From: Myxococcota bacterium
GTDB lineage: Bacteria; Myxococcota_A; UBA9160; PR03
Assembly (NCBI GenBank): GCA_039794265.1
Contig: JBDIVR010000015.1
Location: forward strand, 33,164 to 97,163
DNA length: 64,000 nucleotides
Reading direction: 5' to 3'
Positions 16,581 through 26,515 of the stretch are shown in pieces. A model generated the notes under the pieces. It was not told the origin of the DNA. It saw only the letters and a program-made list of their open reading frames with translations, and ran no database searches. The position numbers and the translations under genes were made by a program. How positions within the stretch are numbered: position 1 is the stretch's first letter; each line of letters starts with the position of its first letter.

Positions 16581-17870
16581 TCAGCGCCCTCCGGACGGCT
16601 TCTCGACTTCGAGTTCCAGCTCCTTCTTCTCGCGGCTCCGGAAATCTTCGATCTTCCTCCGCTCCTTGAGCAGCAACAGCTCCTTGTTCATGCGACGGAT
16701 GCGCTCGAGTTCACGCGCCAGCTCGAGGTCCGTCAGCTGGGTGCGGGCGAAATCGAGCTCGAGCGTCACGTTGCCGCGGCTGCCGTCGGATGCCAATGCC
16801 GTCACGCGGACCTGATTGCGGCCCTCGCGCACCGGGACGAAGCCCGAGAACGAGCCATCGGGCTCGAGTCTCACATCGGTCGAGAAATCGCCCGTCGTCA
16901 GGTTCGCGATCACCACGTCCTCGATGTTCGCGAAGCTCACACCCTGCAACAGCGCGACGATGTCGCCCGGATTCTGCACCGGCGTGTAGGTGCCGAGCGA
17001 GACGCGCGCCATCTCGGTGACCGCCTGCGGATACGTCAGCGCCTGCGGCCCGAGCGCGTAGGTGTTGATCCGGATGCCCGCGGTCTTCGCGAGCCCCGCC
17101 GCCGAGATCGCTGCCTCGATGTCGCCCGGATCGGTGACGGCGCCCGACCCGATCGGAAGCGACGGCACGCCGTCGGTCAGGAACAGCAGTACCGGCTGCG
17201 CGCCTGCGCGCGGCGTGCTGCGCGCGCCGGGAAGGCCGGCGAGCTCCGTCACGCCGAGCCGAATCCCGGCCGCGAAGTTCGTCGCGCCCGACGGTCCGCG
17301 CGCCACCACGGCATCGATCCCGCGCCGAACGGCGTCGAAGTCGTGGGTCAGCGGGACTTCGAGCCACGCGTCCTGCTGGTTCACGCTGCGCCGGTGGCCC
17401 GTCGACGGATCGACCTCACCCGCAAAGGTCGCGAGCCCCACGCGGACGCGTCTGGCATCGAGGCCGGCGAGCAGGGCGCGGGCGGCCGCTGCCTCCGCGT
17501 GCAGGATCGTGTCCTCGGGATCCGTCGAAAGCATGCCGTCCGGATAGGATCCGGGCGGCAGCAGCTCCTGCTGCGGATTGAAGCCGACGACGCCATCTCC
17601 GTCCACGTCGACGCCGCTGGCCACTCGGGTGGATCCGGAGACGTCCATCACGATCATCACGTCGAAAGCGGCGGGCCGCTGGCCGTCTGCGGAGGCCGTT
17701 CCGCGGATCGGCGCCTGATCCACGCGGTTCTCGACGCGCTCGCCCGGTCGTGGTGAGTCGATCATCACGCGGACCTCGGCCCCGGCCCCGCCCGCGCCTC
17801 CCAGCAGCGCGAGCAGGACGGCGAGCGCGAGCGCGATGGACATCCCGAGAGGGAGCTCCCGCGTCGCCAA
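16581..17870 (-). CDS. secreted von Willebrand factor A (VWA) domain protein with K/E-rich coiled-coil tail
   Basis: It has the signal peptide MSIALALAVLLALLGGAGGAGA and the MIDAS motif VMDVSGST. The C-terminus reads ELARELERIRRMNKELLLLKERRKIEDFRSREKKELELEVEK. The start is either TTG at 17870 or ATG at 17843. Confidence 0.8.
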   Translation of the reverse strand: MATRELPLGMSIALALAVLLALLGGAGGAGAEVRVMIDSPRPGERVENRVDQAPIRGTASADGQRPAAFDVMIVMDVSGSTRVASGVDVDGDGVVGFNPQQELLPPGSYPDGMLSTDPEDTILHAEAAAARALLAGLDARRVRVGLATFAGEVDPSTGHRRSVNQQDAWLEVPLTHDFDAVRRGIDAVVARGPSGATNFAAGIRLGVTELAGLPGARSTPRAGAQPVLLFLTDGVPSLPIGSGAVTDPGDIEAAISAAGLAKTAGIRINTYALGPQALTYPQAVTEMARVSLGTYTPVQNPGDIVALLQGVSFANIEDVVIANLTTGDFSTDVRLEPDGSFSGFVPVREGRNQVRVTALASDGSRGNVTLELDFARTQLTDLELARELERIRRMNKELLLLKERRKIEDFRSREKKELELEVEKPSGGR

Positions 17871-17893
17871 GCGATCGTTTCGGCCGGCGGTGT

Positions 17894-18574
17894 TCAGTAG
17901 CGCGGGGACTCGCGCAGCTCTTCGCGCCGCGGAACGATCTCGATCTCCACCCGCCGATTCTGCTGGCGGCCCGCCTCGGTCGCGTTGGTCGCCAACGGGA
18001 ACTGCTCCCCGAAGCCCATCGCCGTGATGCGCGACGGCGGAACGCCGCCGTTGACGAGGTAGTTGCGCACGTTGTTGGCGCGGTCCTCCGAGAGGCGAAG
18101 GTTGGCTGCCTCGGAGCCGGTCGAATCCGTGTGACCGCGAATCACGACGTTGCTCTCCGGGTAGCTGCGGAGTGTCTGCGCCAGCGAGTTGAGCCGCTGC
18201 GCGGCGCCCGGCGCGATCCTCGAAGAGCCGCTGTCGAAGAACGTGTCACCGGGGAAGGTCACCAGCAGACGATCGGCCTGGCGCTCCACGGTCGCGTCCG
18301 GGATCGCGTCGATCTCGCGCGCCTGGTTGTCGAGGTAGCGGCCGATGAGCCCGCCGGCGACGCCCCCGACGGCGGCGCCGATCAACCCCCCGGCGAGATT
18401 GTCGCCCTCGCCGGCCGCGAGCACGCCGGCGCCGGCGCCGGCGAGACTGCCGAGGACAGCGCCCTGCGTCGTGCGATTGCCCGGAACGGTTTCACAACCG
18501 AGCGTGGCGACGGCGAGAGCGATCGCCGCCACGGTCGCGACGGCGGGCCGGCGCGCGGAAACGTGCGAGTACAT
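17894..18574 (-). CDS. OmpA-family peptidoglycan-associated lipoprotein with glycine-zipper segment
   Basis: 226 aa. The lipobox-like sequence is AVATLGC. A Gly-rich zipper GSLAGAGAGVLAAG...GLIGAAVGGVAGGLIG follows. The OmpA C-like motifs are FDSGSS...GHTDSTGS...NLRLSEDRA...NRRVEI. Confidence 0.85.
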   Translation of the reverse strand: MYSHVSARRPAVATVAAIALAVATLGCETVPGNRTTQGAVLGSLAGAGAGVLAAGEGDNLAGGLIGAAVGGVAGGLIGRYLDNQAREIDAIPDATVERQADRLLVTFPGDTFFDSGSSRIAPGAAQRLNSLAQTLRSYPESNVVIRGHTDSTGSEAANLRLSEDRANNVRNYLVNGGVPPSRITAMGFGEQFPLATNATEAGRQQNRRVEIEIVPRREELRESPRY

Positions 18575-18778
18575 CGGGTTTCCCTTCCCTTCTGAGATGG
18601 ACGCTTATGAGATGGACGTCGATTGGGGGCGGCATGGCTCGGAGCCAGCGTCGCTCCCGGCGCGAGCACTCGGATCCTCATCCGCCGCGATGCGTCCGCT
18701 CGCCTGCCCCCCCCCCGGGTCGAGCGGCCATCGTAATGGGCGGCGCCGGTTCGACGCAAGGGAAGCCCGGGGATTCGC

Positions 18779-18793
18779 TGGAACGATCGCTGC
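18779..18793 (+). promoter_or_regulatory. weaker sigma-54-like motif (TGGAACgatcgCTGC)
   Basis: GG is at 18780-18781 and GC at 18792-18793, so the spacing is correct. There is one mismatch in each box. It lies 71 nt upstream of the orphan terminator hairpin. Confidence 0.3.
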
Positions 18794-18804
18794 CACTTTC
18801 GGCG

Positions 18805-18899
18805 CGCTCGGGCCACTTCATGAGAGGGAAGTCCCACGCCTGGCGGGGCTCTCCGAAAAGGGTGAAAGCAGGGTCTCTCCGGAGACCCTGCTTTCTTCG
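18805..18899 (+). ncRNA. candidate ~95-nt small RNA (predicted only from a promoter-like motif plus a terminator)
   Basis: It is bounded by the -24/-12-like motif (predicted TSS ~18805) and the hairpin ending at 18895 followed by TTC. There is no credible ORF, and both flanking genes are transcribed away from this spacer. Confidence 0.3.
18864..18895. terminator. strong bidirectional-terminator-shaped hairpin (14-bp perfect stem, 4-nt loop)
   Basis: The sequence is GAAAGCAGGGTCTC-tccg-GAGACCCTGCTTTC. An A-run lies 5' and CTTTCTTC lies 3' on the plus strand. ACCCTTTTCGG follows it on the minus strand. Confidence 0.5.
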
Positions 18900-18928
18900 C
18901 CTGCTGCATTTCGAACCTGCTGCATTTC
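18900..18928 (+). repeat. direct repeat, 2 x CCTGCTGCATTTC separated by GAA
   Basis: The copies are at 18900-18912 and 18916-18928. The 3' arm of the adjacent hairpin (CCCTGCTTTC) looks like a degenerate third copy. The repeat lies ~105-130 nt upstream of the comM ATG. Confidence 0.6.
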
Positions 18929-20556
18929 CAATGTTCATCTCGAGCCTCGTCTCGCCTGTGTGACGCGCATCACGTGTGCGAGCCTCGCTCTCCCGACACT
19001 CCTCCGCCCCTCGGTCCCGAGGAGCTCCGCCATGACGCGCGTCCTGGGAGCCGTGCTCTCGGGCGTCGACGGCGTTGCCGTCGAGGTCGAGGTCCGGATC
19101 ACCTCGCACCTGCCGCGGATCGACATCGTCGGCCTGCCGGAGGCGGCCGTTCGCGAAAGCGCCGCGCGCGTGCGCGGCGCCATCGCTGCGATCGGCCAGC
19201 CGTTTCCGCGAGGCTGCGTGACGGTGAACCTCGCGCCCGCTTCGGTGCGCAAGAGCGGCGCGGGGCTCGACCTGCCGATCGCGATCGGAATCCTCGCGGC
19301 GGCCGGCGCGGTCGAAGTGGAGTCGCTGTCGCGTCTGGGTCTGGTCGGCGAGCTGGCGCTCGACGGGCGGCTGCGCCCGGTGCGCGGTGCGCTGGCGCTG
19401 ACCCTCGCGTTGCGCGAAGACGGCTGTACACGCGTCGTCGTGCCGCGAGCGAACGGCGGAGAAGCCGCGCTGACCCCGCGGGTCGAGGTCCTCGCCGCGG
19501 ATGATCTCGGCGCGCTGCTGCGGTTCCTGCTGATCGGGCGAGGCCTGACCCCCGTGCCGCCGCCGAAGCTCCTCGCGAGCTCTACACGACCGAGCGTCGG
19601 AGATCTCGCCGAGGTCAGGGGTCAGGAGCGCGCGAAGCGCGCGCTCGAGATCACCGCCGCCGGCGGCCACGGACTGTTGCTCGAGGGTCCGCCGGGGTCC
19701 GGCAAGACGATGCTCGCGCGCCGACTTCCGGGCCTGCTCCCTCCGCTCCGATTCGAGGAGGCCGTCGAAGCAACGCGCATCCATGGCGCCGCCGGCCGGC
19801 TCGGAGAAGAACCGATCGTTCGCGAGCGACCGTTCCGCGCACCGCACCACGCGGCAAGTCGGGCCGGTCTGCTCGGGGGCGGCTCGCCCCCGCGACCGGG
19901 AGAGATCTCGCTCGCACATCGCGGCGTGCTGTTCCTCGACGAGCTCCCCGAGTTCGACCGAGGCGTGCTCGAATCGCTCCGGCAAGTGCTCGAGGATCGC
20001 CGCGTCGTGGTGGCGCGAGCGGGTGGCACCTGTGTCTTCCCGGCAGACTTCCAACTCGTCGCCGCCGCCAACCCGTGTCCGTGCGGCTGGCGGCTCTCGC
20101 GTTGGCGCGAATGCAGCTGCACCGACGCCCTCGTGCGTCGCTATCGCGCGCGCGTGTCGGGTCCGCTGCTCGACCGCATCGATCTCCACGTCTCGGTCCC
20201 AGCCGTGGATTGGCAGGCTCTCGATTCGGGTCCGGTCGGAGAACCGAGCGACGTGCTGCGCGCTCGCGTCGCGGCGGCACGGGCGCGCCAACGCGAGCGC
20301 CTCTCGTTCGTCGGTGCGCGCTGCAATGCGGAGATCCCAGACCGCTCGCTGGACGCCGCCGTCGCGGCCACGCCCGACGCGCGCACGCTGCTCGGACGCG
20401 CCGTCGAGCGACTGCGTCTGTCCGCGCGTGCCGCTCACCGCTGTCTGCGGACGGCGCGCACCGTGGCCGATCTCGCCGAGGAGGAGCGCGTCGGCCCGGT
20501 GGCACTCGCGGAGGCGCTCTCCTATCGCCGCGGGGAGGCCGACGTCGAAGGAGGCG

Positions 20557-22407
<1,851 letters not shown>

Positions 22408-22831
22408 GCGGAGTCCTCTCGGCCCTGGATCCCTCGCGGGGAATCGGCGGGCGCGGCTCGCGAGTCCGAGATCATAGAACGCGGGCGCCGGCAGGCCATC
22501 GAACGCGGGCCTTCGGGCGCCACGGCCCAGAGGAAGGCGAGGAGGTGGCACTCCGTCTCGAAGACACTGCGCCCGGTCGCAAGCGGCTCGGCTCGAATCT
22601 CCCCCGGCTTCACGTCGTGACTTCGCCGATCGTGGCCCGATCCCGATGGTTTCTGCCGAGGAGGAAGCCCAGCACTCGTGCCCCACCGCTCGTACCGGAG
22701 ACGTCGTTCGAAGCAGCGAGACGCCGTGCTCCCCGACAGACCGGAGGCCCGCGCGTTCCTCGGCCCGCCGCGCTGCCGATCGCGATGCGATAGCCTCGCG
22801 AGGCCATCTGACCCCGGCAGGAGGAATCTTC

Positions 22832-23095
22832 GTGCTTTCGATCGGCAAGCTCATCCTGGCGGTCGTATGGATCGCCTCGGCGCGCGCCTTCTTCCTGCCG
22901 GAAACGGCGCCCTGGGCGTCGACCGGCCGCCTGCTGTTCGGCGCGCTGCTCGCGGTCCACGCGATCGAGACGGTCGTGTTCCTGCCGCGGCTGCGAGCCG
23001 CCGGCGGATCGCTGGCCAACCACGTGGTCCAGACGCTCCTCTTCGGACTGCTCCACGTCGGTCCGCTCCGGAACGAAGCCCCGGGTCGCGGATAG
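22832..23095 (+). CDS. small membrane protein, DUF1145-like
   Basis: The GTG at 22832 is preceded by the SD CAGGAGGA with a 7-nt spacer. The 87-aa product [21 protein letters not shown]...[16 protein letters not shown]...LLFGLLHV resembles DUF1145. The family call comes from memory of that pattern. Confidence 0.5.
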   Translation: MLSIGKLILAVVWIASARAFFLPETAPWASTGRLLFGALLAVHAIETVVFLPRLRAAGGSLANHVVQTLLFGLLHVGPLRNEAPGRG

Positions 23096-23160
23096 TCCGC
23101 GACCCCGCTTCCATCGTCTCGGTTCGCGGGATCGACTCGGCCGAGCCAACCGCACCGACG

Positions 23161-23376
23161 TCAGTCGAGGTCGCGGTCCGCGGCCTCGGCGGTGTTCTCG
23201 ATCACGTCGCCGGCCCCCTTTGCCGCCGTACTCGCTGCGCCGCCTGCCGCCTCCGCGGTGTCGCCGACCGCATCGCCGAGCGAGCGCCCGGCCGTCCCGA
23301 CCGTCCGGCAGCCCGAAGCGCCGATGGCGAGCGCGGCCACGAGAGCCATCGATCCCTCGAGCCAAATAGAACGCAT
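23161..23376 (-). CDS. small lipoprotein, unknown function
   Basis: The ATG at 23376 has the SD AGGAGG 8 nt upstream. The product is 71 aa with signal and lipobox MALVAALAIGASGC, followed by an Ala/Gly/Asp-rich disordered tail. Confidence 0.55.
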   Translation of the reverse strand: MRSIWLEGSMALVAALAIGASGCRTVGTAGRSLGDAVGDTAEAAGGAASTAAKGAGDVIENTAEAADRDLD

Positions 23377-23495
23377 GATGAAAACCTCCTGTTGAACGCT
23401 GTCCGATGCTTGCGATTGCACGACCGGCTCCCGGCGCGATGGCGGAACGGGCGGTTGGCGCTCCCGTGCCGCCATCGCGCGTGGCTCGTCCGCTG

Positions 23496-23663
23496 TTAGA
23501 CCGCGGGGCGACGACGGCCCGCAACCAGCGAGACGACGAAGAGCACCAGGAATACGACGAACAGGATCTTCGCGATCCCCGTCGCGGCGCCGGCGATTCC
23601 GGTCAATCCGAGCAGTCCTGCGATCAGCGCGATCACCAGGAACGTAAGGGCCCATTGCAACAT
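23496..23663 (-). CDS. DUF1328/UPF0391 family small membrane protein (not in the supplied ORF track, 55 aa)
   Basis: My own translation is [55 protein letters not shown]. The SD GGAGA lies 7 nt upstream. The N-terminal pattern is typical of the UPF0391 family. Confidence 0.7.
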   Translation of the reverse strand: MLQWALTFLVIALIAGLLGLTGIAGAATGIAKILFVVFLVLFVVSLVAGRRRPAV

Positions 23664-23735
23664 GTACGTTTCTCCAAGCTGACGCGCCGCAGCGCGCCGT
23701 GCGGTTGCCTTCCGCCTGCTTCGATCGTGAGCGAT

Positions 23736-23750
23736 GCGAGTTTCGTGCCA
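23736..23750 (-). promoter_or_regulatory. sigma-54 type -24/-12 promoter (TGGCACgaaacTCGC)
   Basis: The minus strand reads TTGGCACGAAACTCGCA with correct GG-N10-GC spacing. Predicted TSS is ~23724, 61 nt before the DUF1328 ATG. Confidence 0.5.
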
Positions 23751-23753
23751 ATT

Positions 23754-24149
23754 TCAGGCCTCGTTCCCGATCCGTGACGGTCCTCGTTCCCCGTGTCCCC
23801 GGGTCCCGAGCGCAAACCAACCGAGCCCCGCAAGCGCCAACGCGAAGAGGATCCCCGCGAGCGCCTCGAGCAGCGAGCGGATGCCGTACGCGAAGGTGTC
23901 CGCTGCCATCTGCACCGCCACGAACAGCACGAAGATCACGAGGGCCGCGCGGCCGAGCGCTCGCATCTCGTGCCACAACGCGATCGCCGCGATCGGCGCC
24001 GCCAGGCCCTGCCCCACGAGGGCGAGCAGGCCGACGAGCGGGACGCTCGAGGCGATCACCGCCATCCCCAAACTCTCCCACAGGCGCCAGACCGCGACCA
24101 GCGCGAATACGAGAGCCATCACCCGACACCACGTCATTCCGTTGGGCAT
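23754..24149 (-). CDS. hypothetical integral membrane protein (about 4 TM segments)
   Basis: The ATG at 24149 has the SD GAGGGG 7 nt upstream. The product is hydrophobic (MALVFALVAVW..., VPLVGLLALVGQGLAAPIAAIALW, ALVIFVLFVAVQ, LAGILFALALAGLGWFAL). I recognise no family. Confidence 0.5.
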   Translation of the reverse strand: MPNGMTWCRVMALVFALVAVWRLWESLGMAVIASSVPLVGLLALVGQGLAAPIAAIALWHEMRALGRAALVIFVLFVAVQMAADTFAYGIRSLLEALAGILFALALAGLGWFALGTRGHGERGPSRIGNEA

Positions 24150-24219
24150 GCATCGACCCCTCGACAAGAGTGGACTCCGATGCGGACGGATCCGCCGAAG
24201 TCGGGCTCGCCGCTACGAA

Positions 24220-24251
24220 CAGCGCAGCCCGGCCTCCGCCGGGCTGCGCTG
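24220..24251 (-). terminator. hairpin after the BON gene (14-bp perfect stem, 4-nt loop)
   Basis: The minus strand reads CAGCGCAGCCCGGC-ggag-GCCGGGCTGCGCTG followed by TTCGTAG. It lies 40 nt downstream of the BON gene stop. The U-tract is weak. Confidence 0.4.
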
Positions 24252-24290
24252 GCTCTCCCTATCTGTGCGCGCCACCCGCGACGCGCGAGA

Positions 24291-25349
24291 TCAGTCGCTC
24301 TCGACCTGGAGTTCGCCGGTCACGCCACGCACACCTTGCGTCGTGCGCGCGAGCGTCAGCGCACTGATCCGGTCGGCCTGGCTGTCGACCTTGCCGCTGA
24401 GCCGTACGGTGCCGTTCTCGACCTGCACGTCGATGTCGGCATCCGCGAGGCTCGACCGCTCCTCGAAGCGTTTCGCCAGCGCCGCAGCGATCTCTTCGTC
24501 CTTTCTTGCAGTCGCGACCTGCTGAGCCGGTGCCACGACCTGCAGCTCGTTGCGCACCGCCTTCACGCCGTCGAGACTCTTGACGGTCTCCTCCGCGTTG
24601 CTGCGGGCTTCGTCGGTCCCGACGGTGCCGAACAGCGTGACGATCCCATTCACCGTATCCACGTTGATGTCGAAGGCGGGCGCATCCGCCGCGACCAGCT
24701 TGACCTTCGCTGCCGTGGTGATCCACGCGTCCTCGATCGTTGCGCGCATCCCGGCGGCCGCCCCGACCGGCGGCGTGGTCGACTCGTCGCGCCACAGCTC
24801 GGCGTCGGCCAGCTCGTCGGGACTGGTGATCTGGCTCGATACGCTGCGGACGCCGGACACGCCGCGTGCCGCCGCGAGAGCATCCACATGCGCGCTCAGC
24901 GTCTCCGCCTTGCCCCCGAGCACGACGACGCCGCGGTTCACCGATACGACCTCGACGCCCTGCAGCGCCGGATTCCCGTCGAGAGCCTCCTGGATCCGCT
25001 TCGTCACGTCCTCGTCGGCCGCCTCGACCGCCTCGCTCGCGCTCGCCGGCACGATCTGGATCAGATTGCGCACCTCGCGCACCCCGTCGATCCCACGCGC
25101 GACCTGCTCGGCCTTCGCCTGCTCCGCGGCGGTCGGCACCTGACCGTGGAGCGTCACGCGCCCGTCGAGGGTGTCGACGTTCACATCGAGCGGATTCACG
25201 CCTTCTGCCGTCAGCAGCGCGACCTTCACCTTGGCCGTGATCCACGGATCCGGCATGTCCGCCGCGAGCGCGGTTCCGCTCGCGGAGGCCACCATCGCCA
25301 CCGCCGCGAGCGCGGATCGGAGCTTCGTACGCCATGTCGCTGTGTTCAT
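24291..25349 (-). CDS. periplasmic protein with four BON domains (OsmY-like)
   Basis: I place the start at the ATG at 25349 (MNTATWRTKLRSALAAVAMVASASGTALA, a signal peptide). There are four repeats of the type ...DVNVDTLDGRVTLHGQV...A..A..GV..V.N.L.V. Confidence 0.85.
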   Translation of the reverse strand: MNTATWRTKLRSALAAVAMVASASGTALAADMPDPWITAKVKVALLTAEGVNPLDVNVDTLDGRVTLHGQVPTAAEQAKAEQVARGIDGVREVRNLIQIVPASASEAVEAADEDVTKRIQEALDGNPALQGVEVVSVNRGVVVLGGKAETLSAHVDALAAARGVSGVRSVSSQITSPDELADAELWRDESTTPPVGAAAGMRATIEDAWITTAAKVKLVAADAPAFDINVDTVNGIVTLFGTVGTDEARSNAEETVKSLDGVKAVRNELQVVAPAQQVATARKDEEIAAALAKRFEERSSLADADIDVQVENGTVRLSGKVDSQADRISALTLARTTQGVRGVTGELQVESD

Positions 25350-25438
25350 CTGTCTTCCTCTCGTGTTGCGCCGCGAGCGGTGGGTCTCACCGAAGCAGCG
25401 CGTTGGGATGACCAGGGCTCTTCCAGAACGAGCCCGGT

Positions 25439-26104
25439 TCATCCGGTCTTCTCTTCCGCGCTCGACCAAAGACGAACGGCCTCCGCGCCGGTCGCCGAAG
25501 GCCGTACGGCTCGATCGAGGTTGCGGAGCACGAAATCCCAGTCGATCAGATGATCGATGACGGCTTCGACGTAGCGATCGCGCTCGCTCTGCACGTCGAG
25601 GTAGTACGCGTGTTCCCAGACATCGATGGTGAGGAGCGGCGTCAGCCCCTCACGGAGAGGGTTGTCGGCGTCGTGCGTGGCGGTGACGCAGAGCCGCTCC
25701 TGCTCGTCGACGACGAGCCACGCCCAGCCGGAGCCGAAATGACTACTCGCAGCTTCTGCCAGACGCCTTTGGAGATTCCCGAAACCGCTGAACGACGCTT
25801 CGAGGAGCGCCAGCAGCGTTCCCGCGGGCTTCCCGCCCCCGCCGCTTCGCAACCCTCTCCAGTAGAAGTCGTGGTTCCAGATCTGGGCGGCCAGCTGGTA
25901 GACCTCGCCGTCGGCCGCGCGGACCAGCCCTTCGAGCGTGGTTGCGGAACGCGAGCGCTCGTCGAGTACCGCGTTGAGCTTCTCGACGTAGCCGCGATGA
26001 TGCTTCTCGTAGTGGAACTCGACGGTTCGCGCGCTGATCCAGGGCGCGAGCGCATCCTTCGCATAGGGCAGAGGCTTCAACTCGAAGTTGCGGACTGACG
26101 ACAT
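25439..26104 (-). CDS. sodB: Fe-type superoxide dismutase
   Basis: 221 aa. Motifs present are FHYEKHH, AAQIWNHDFYW, FGSGWAWLV and DVWEHAYYLD. Confidence 0.9.
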   Translation of the reverse strand: MSSVRNFELKPLPYAKDALAPWISARTVEFHYEKHHRGYVEKLNAVLDERSRSATTLEGLVRAADGEVYQLAAQIWNHDFYWRGLRSGGGGKPAGTLLALLEASFSGFGNLQRRLAEAASSHFGSGWAWLVVDEQERLCVTATHDADNPLREGLTPLLTIDVWEHAYYLDVQSERDRYVEAVIDHLIDWDFVLRNLDRAVRPSATGAEAVRLWSSAEEKTG

Positions 26105-26158
26105 TCAGCGCCCCCCCCTCATCGCCGGCGATACCCGGCCTCTCGGCGGTAAGTGTTT

Positions 26159-26173
26159 GCAAGGCGTGTGCCG
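26159..26173 (-). promoter_or_regulatory. sigma-54 type -24/-12 promoter (cGGCACacgccTTGC)
   Basis: The minus strand reads CCGGCACACGCCTTGCAAA, an exact GGCAC-N5-TTGCA. Predicted TSS is ~26147, 43 nt before the sodB ATG. Confidence 0.55.
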
Positions 26174-26267
26174 GCGAATACGCGCCCGGGGGGCGCGCGG
26201 ACCATGCTGGACACCCGGCCGGGACGGCAGGGCCGGTCTGCGACGGGATCGGACACGCTCATGTGTG

Positions 26268-26280
26268 TGTAGGATCTACA
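26268..26280. promoter_or_regulatory. perfect palindrome TGTAG-GAT-CTACA in the sodB / AI-2E divergent spacer
   Basis: It is an AT-rich palindrome in ~70% GC DNA. It is centred ~100 bp upstream of the sodB -24 element. The minus strand reads TTTTGTAGATCC, related to the TTGTAGAAA 9-mers at 27582 and 29841. Confidence 0.3.
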
Positions 26281-26515
26281 AAAGCCCCTGGACCTCGATC
26301 TCCTGCTTCCATTGCTTCGGCGGAAGGGCTGAGAAGCCGGCGGCACGTCCCGTGCATTCCCTCCGTCACGCCCCCATCGATTCGAGTCGGGTCGACGCGA
26401 ACGAACGGGAGAGAGAACCCTGACCACCACGCCGAGTCCCGAACCGTCGCCGCTCGCAGGCCTGGACCCGTCGGCCGAACCGAGGGCGCGTTCGCTCGCG
26501 ACGATCGGCATCTTC

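Noticed and set aside
18748-18754. tRNA T-loop-like GGTTCGA
   Set aside because: The flanks cannot form a 5-bp T-stem, acceptor stem or anticodon arm. No tRNA-like cloverleaf is evident anywhere in the window.
18820-18880. RNase P RNA-like strings (GAGAGGGAAGTCCC and AAGGGTGAAAGC)
   Set aside because: They only superficially resemble the GGAAAGUCCGGGC and AGGGUGAAAGGGUG conserved regions. They are ~35 nt apart instead of ~120 nt. The ACAGAACCCGGCUUA region is absent, and the spacer is too short and wrongly organised for rnpB.
18820-18963. 47-codon ATG ORF (tail of track ORF 18607..18963) inside the sRNA candidate
   Set aside because: It reads straight through the 14-bp terminator hairpin and the direct repeats. 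It has no SD, and the product is Arg/Pro-rich.
22546-22560. TGGCACtccgtCTCG in the GH15 / DUF1145-like spacer
   Set aside because: The -24 box is perfect, but the -12 position reads CG rather than GC.
22646-22831. N-terminal extension of the DUF1145-like ORF
   Set aside because: The GTG at 22832 has a strong SD (GGAGGA) and starts exactly at the first TM helix. The upstream 62 codons are hydrophilic and Arg-rich.
23411-23426. cGGTCGtgcaaTCGCA (minus strand) upstream of the small lipoprotein gene
   Set aside because: The spacing is correct, but there are two mismatches in the -24 box and one in the -12 box. That is too weak to call. The gene may instead be read through from the DUF1328 promoter.
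25350-25438. TGGTCAtcccaACGC (minus strand) between sodB and the BON gene
   Set aside because: The -12 box is poor. The 89-nt gap is compatible with co-transcription from the sodB promoter.
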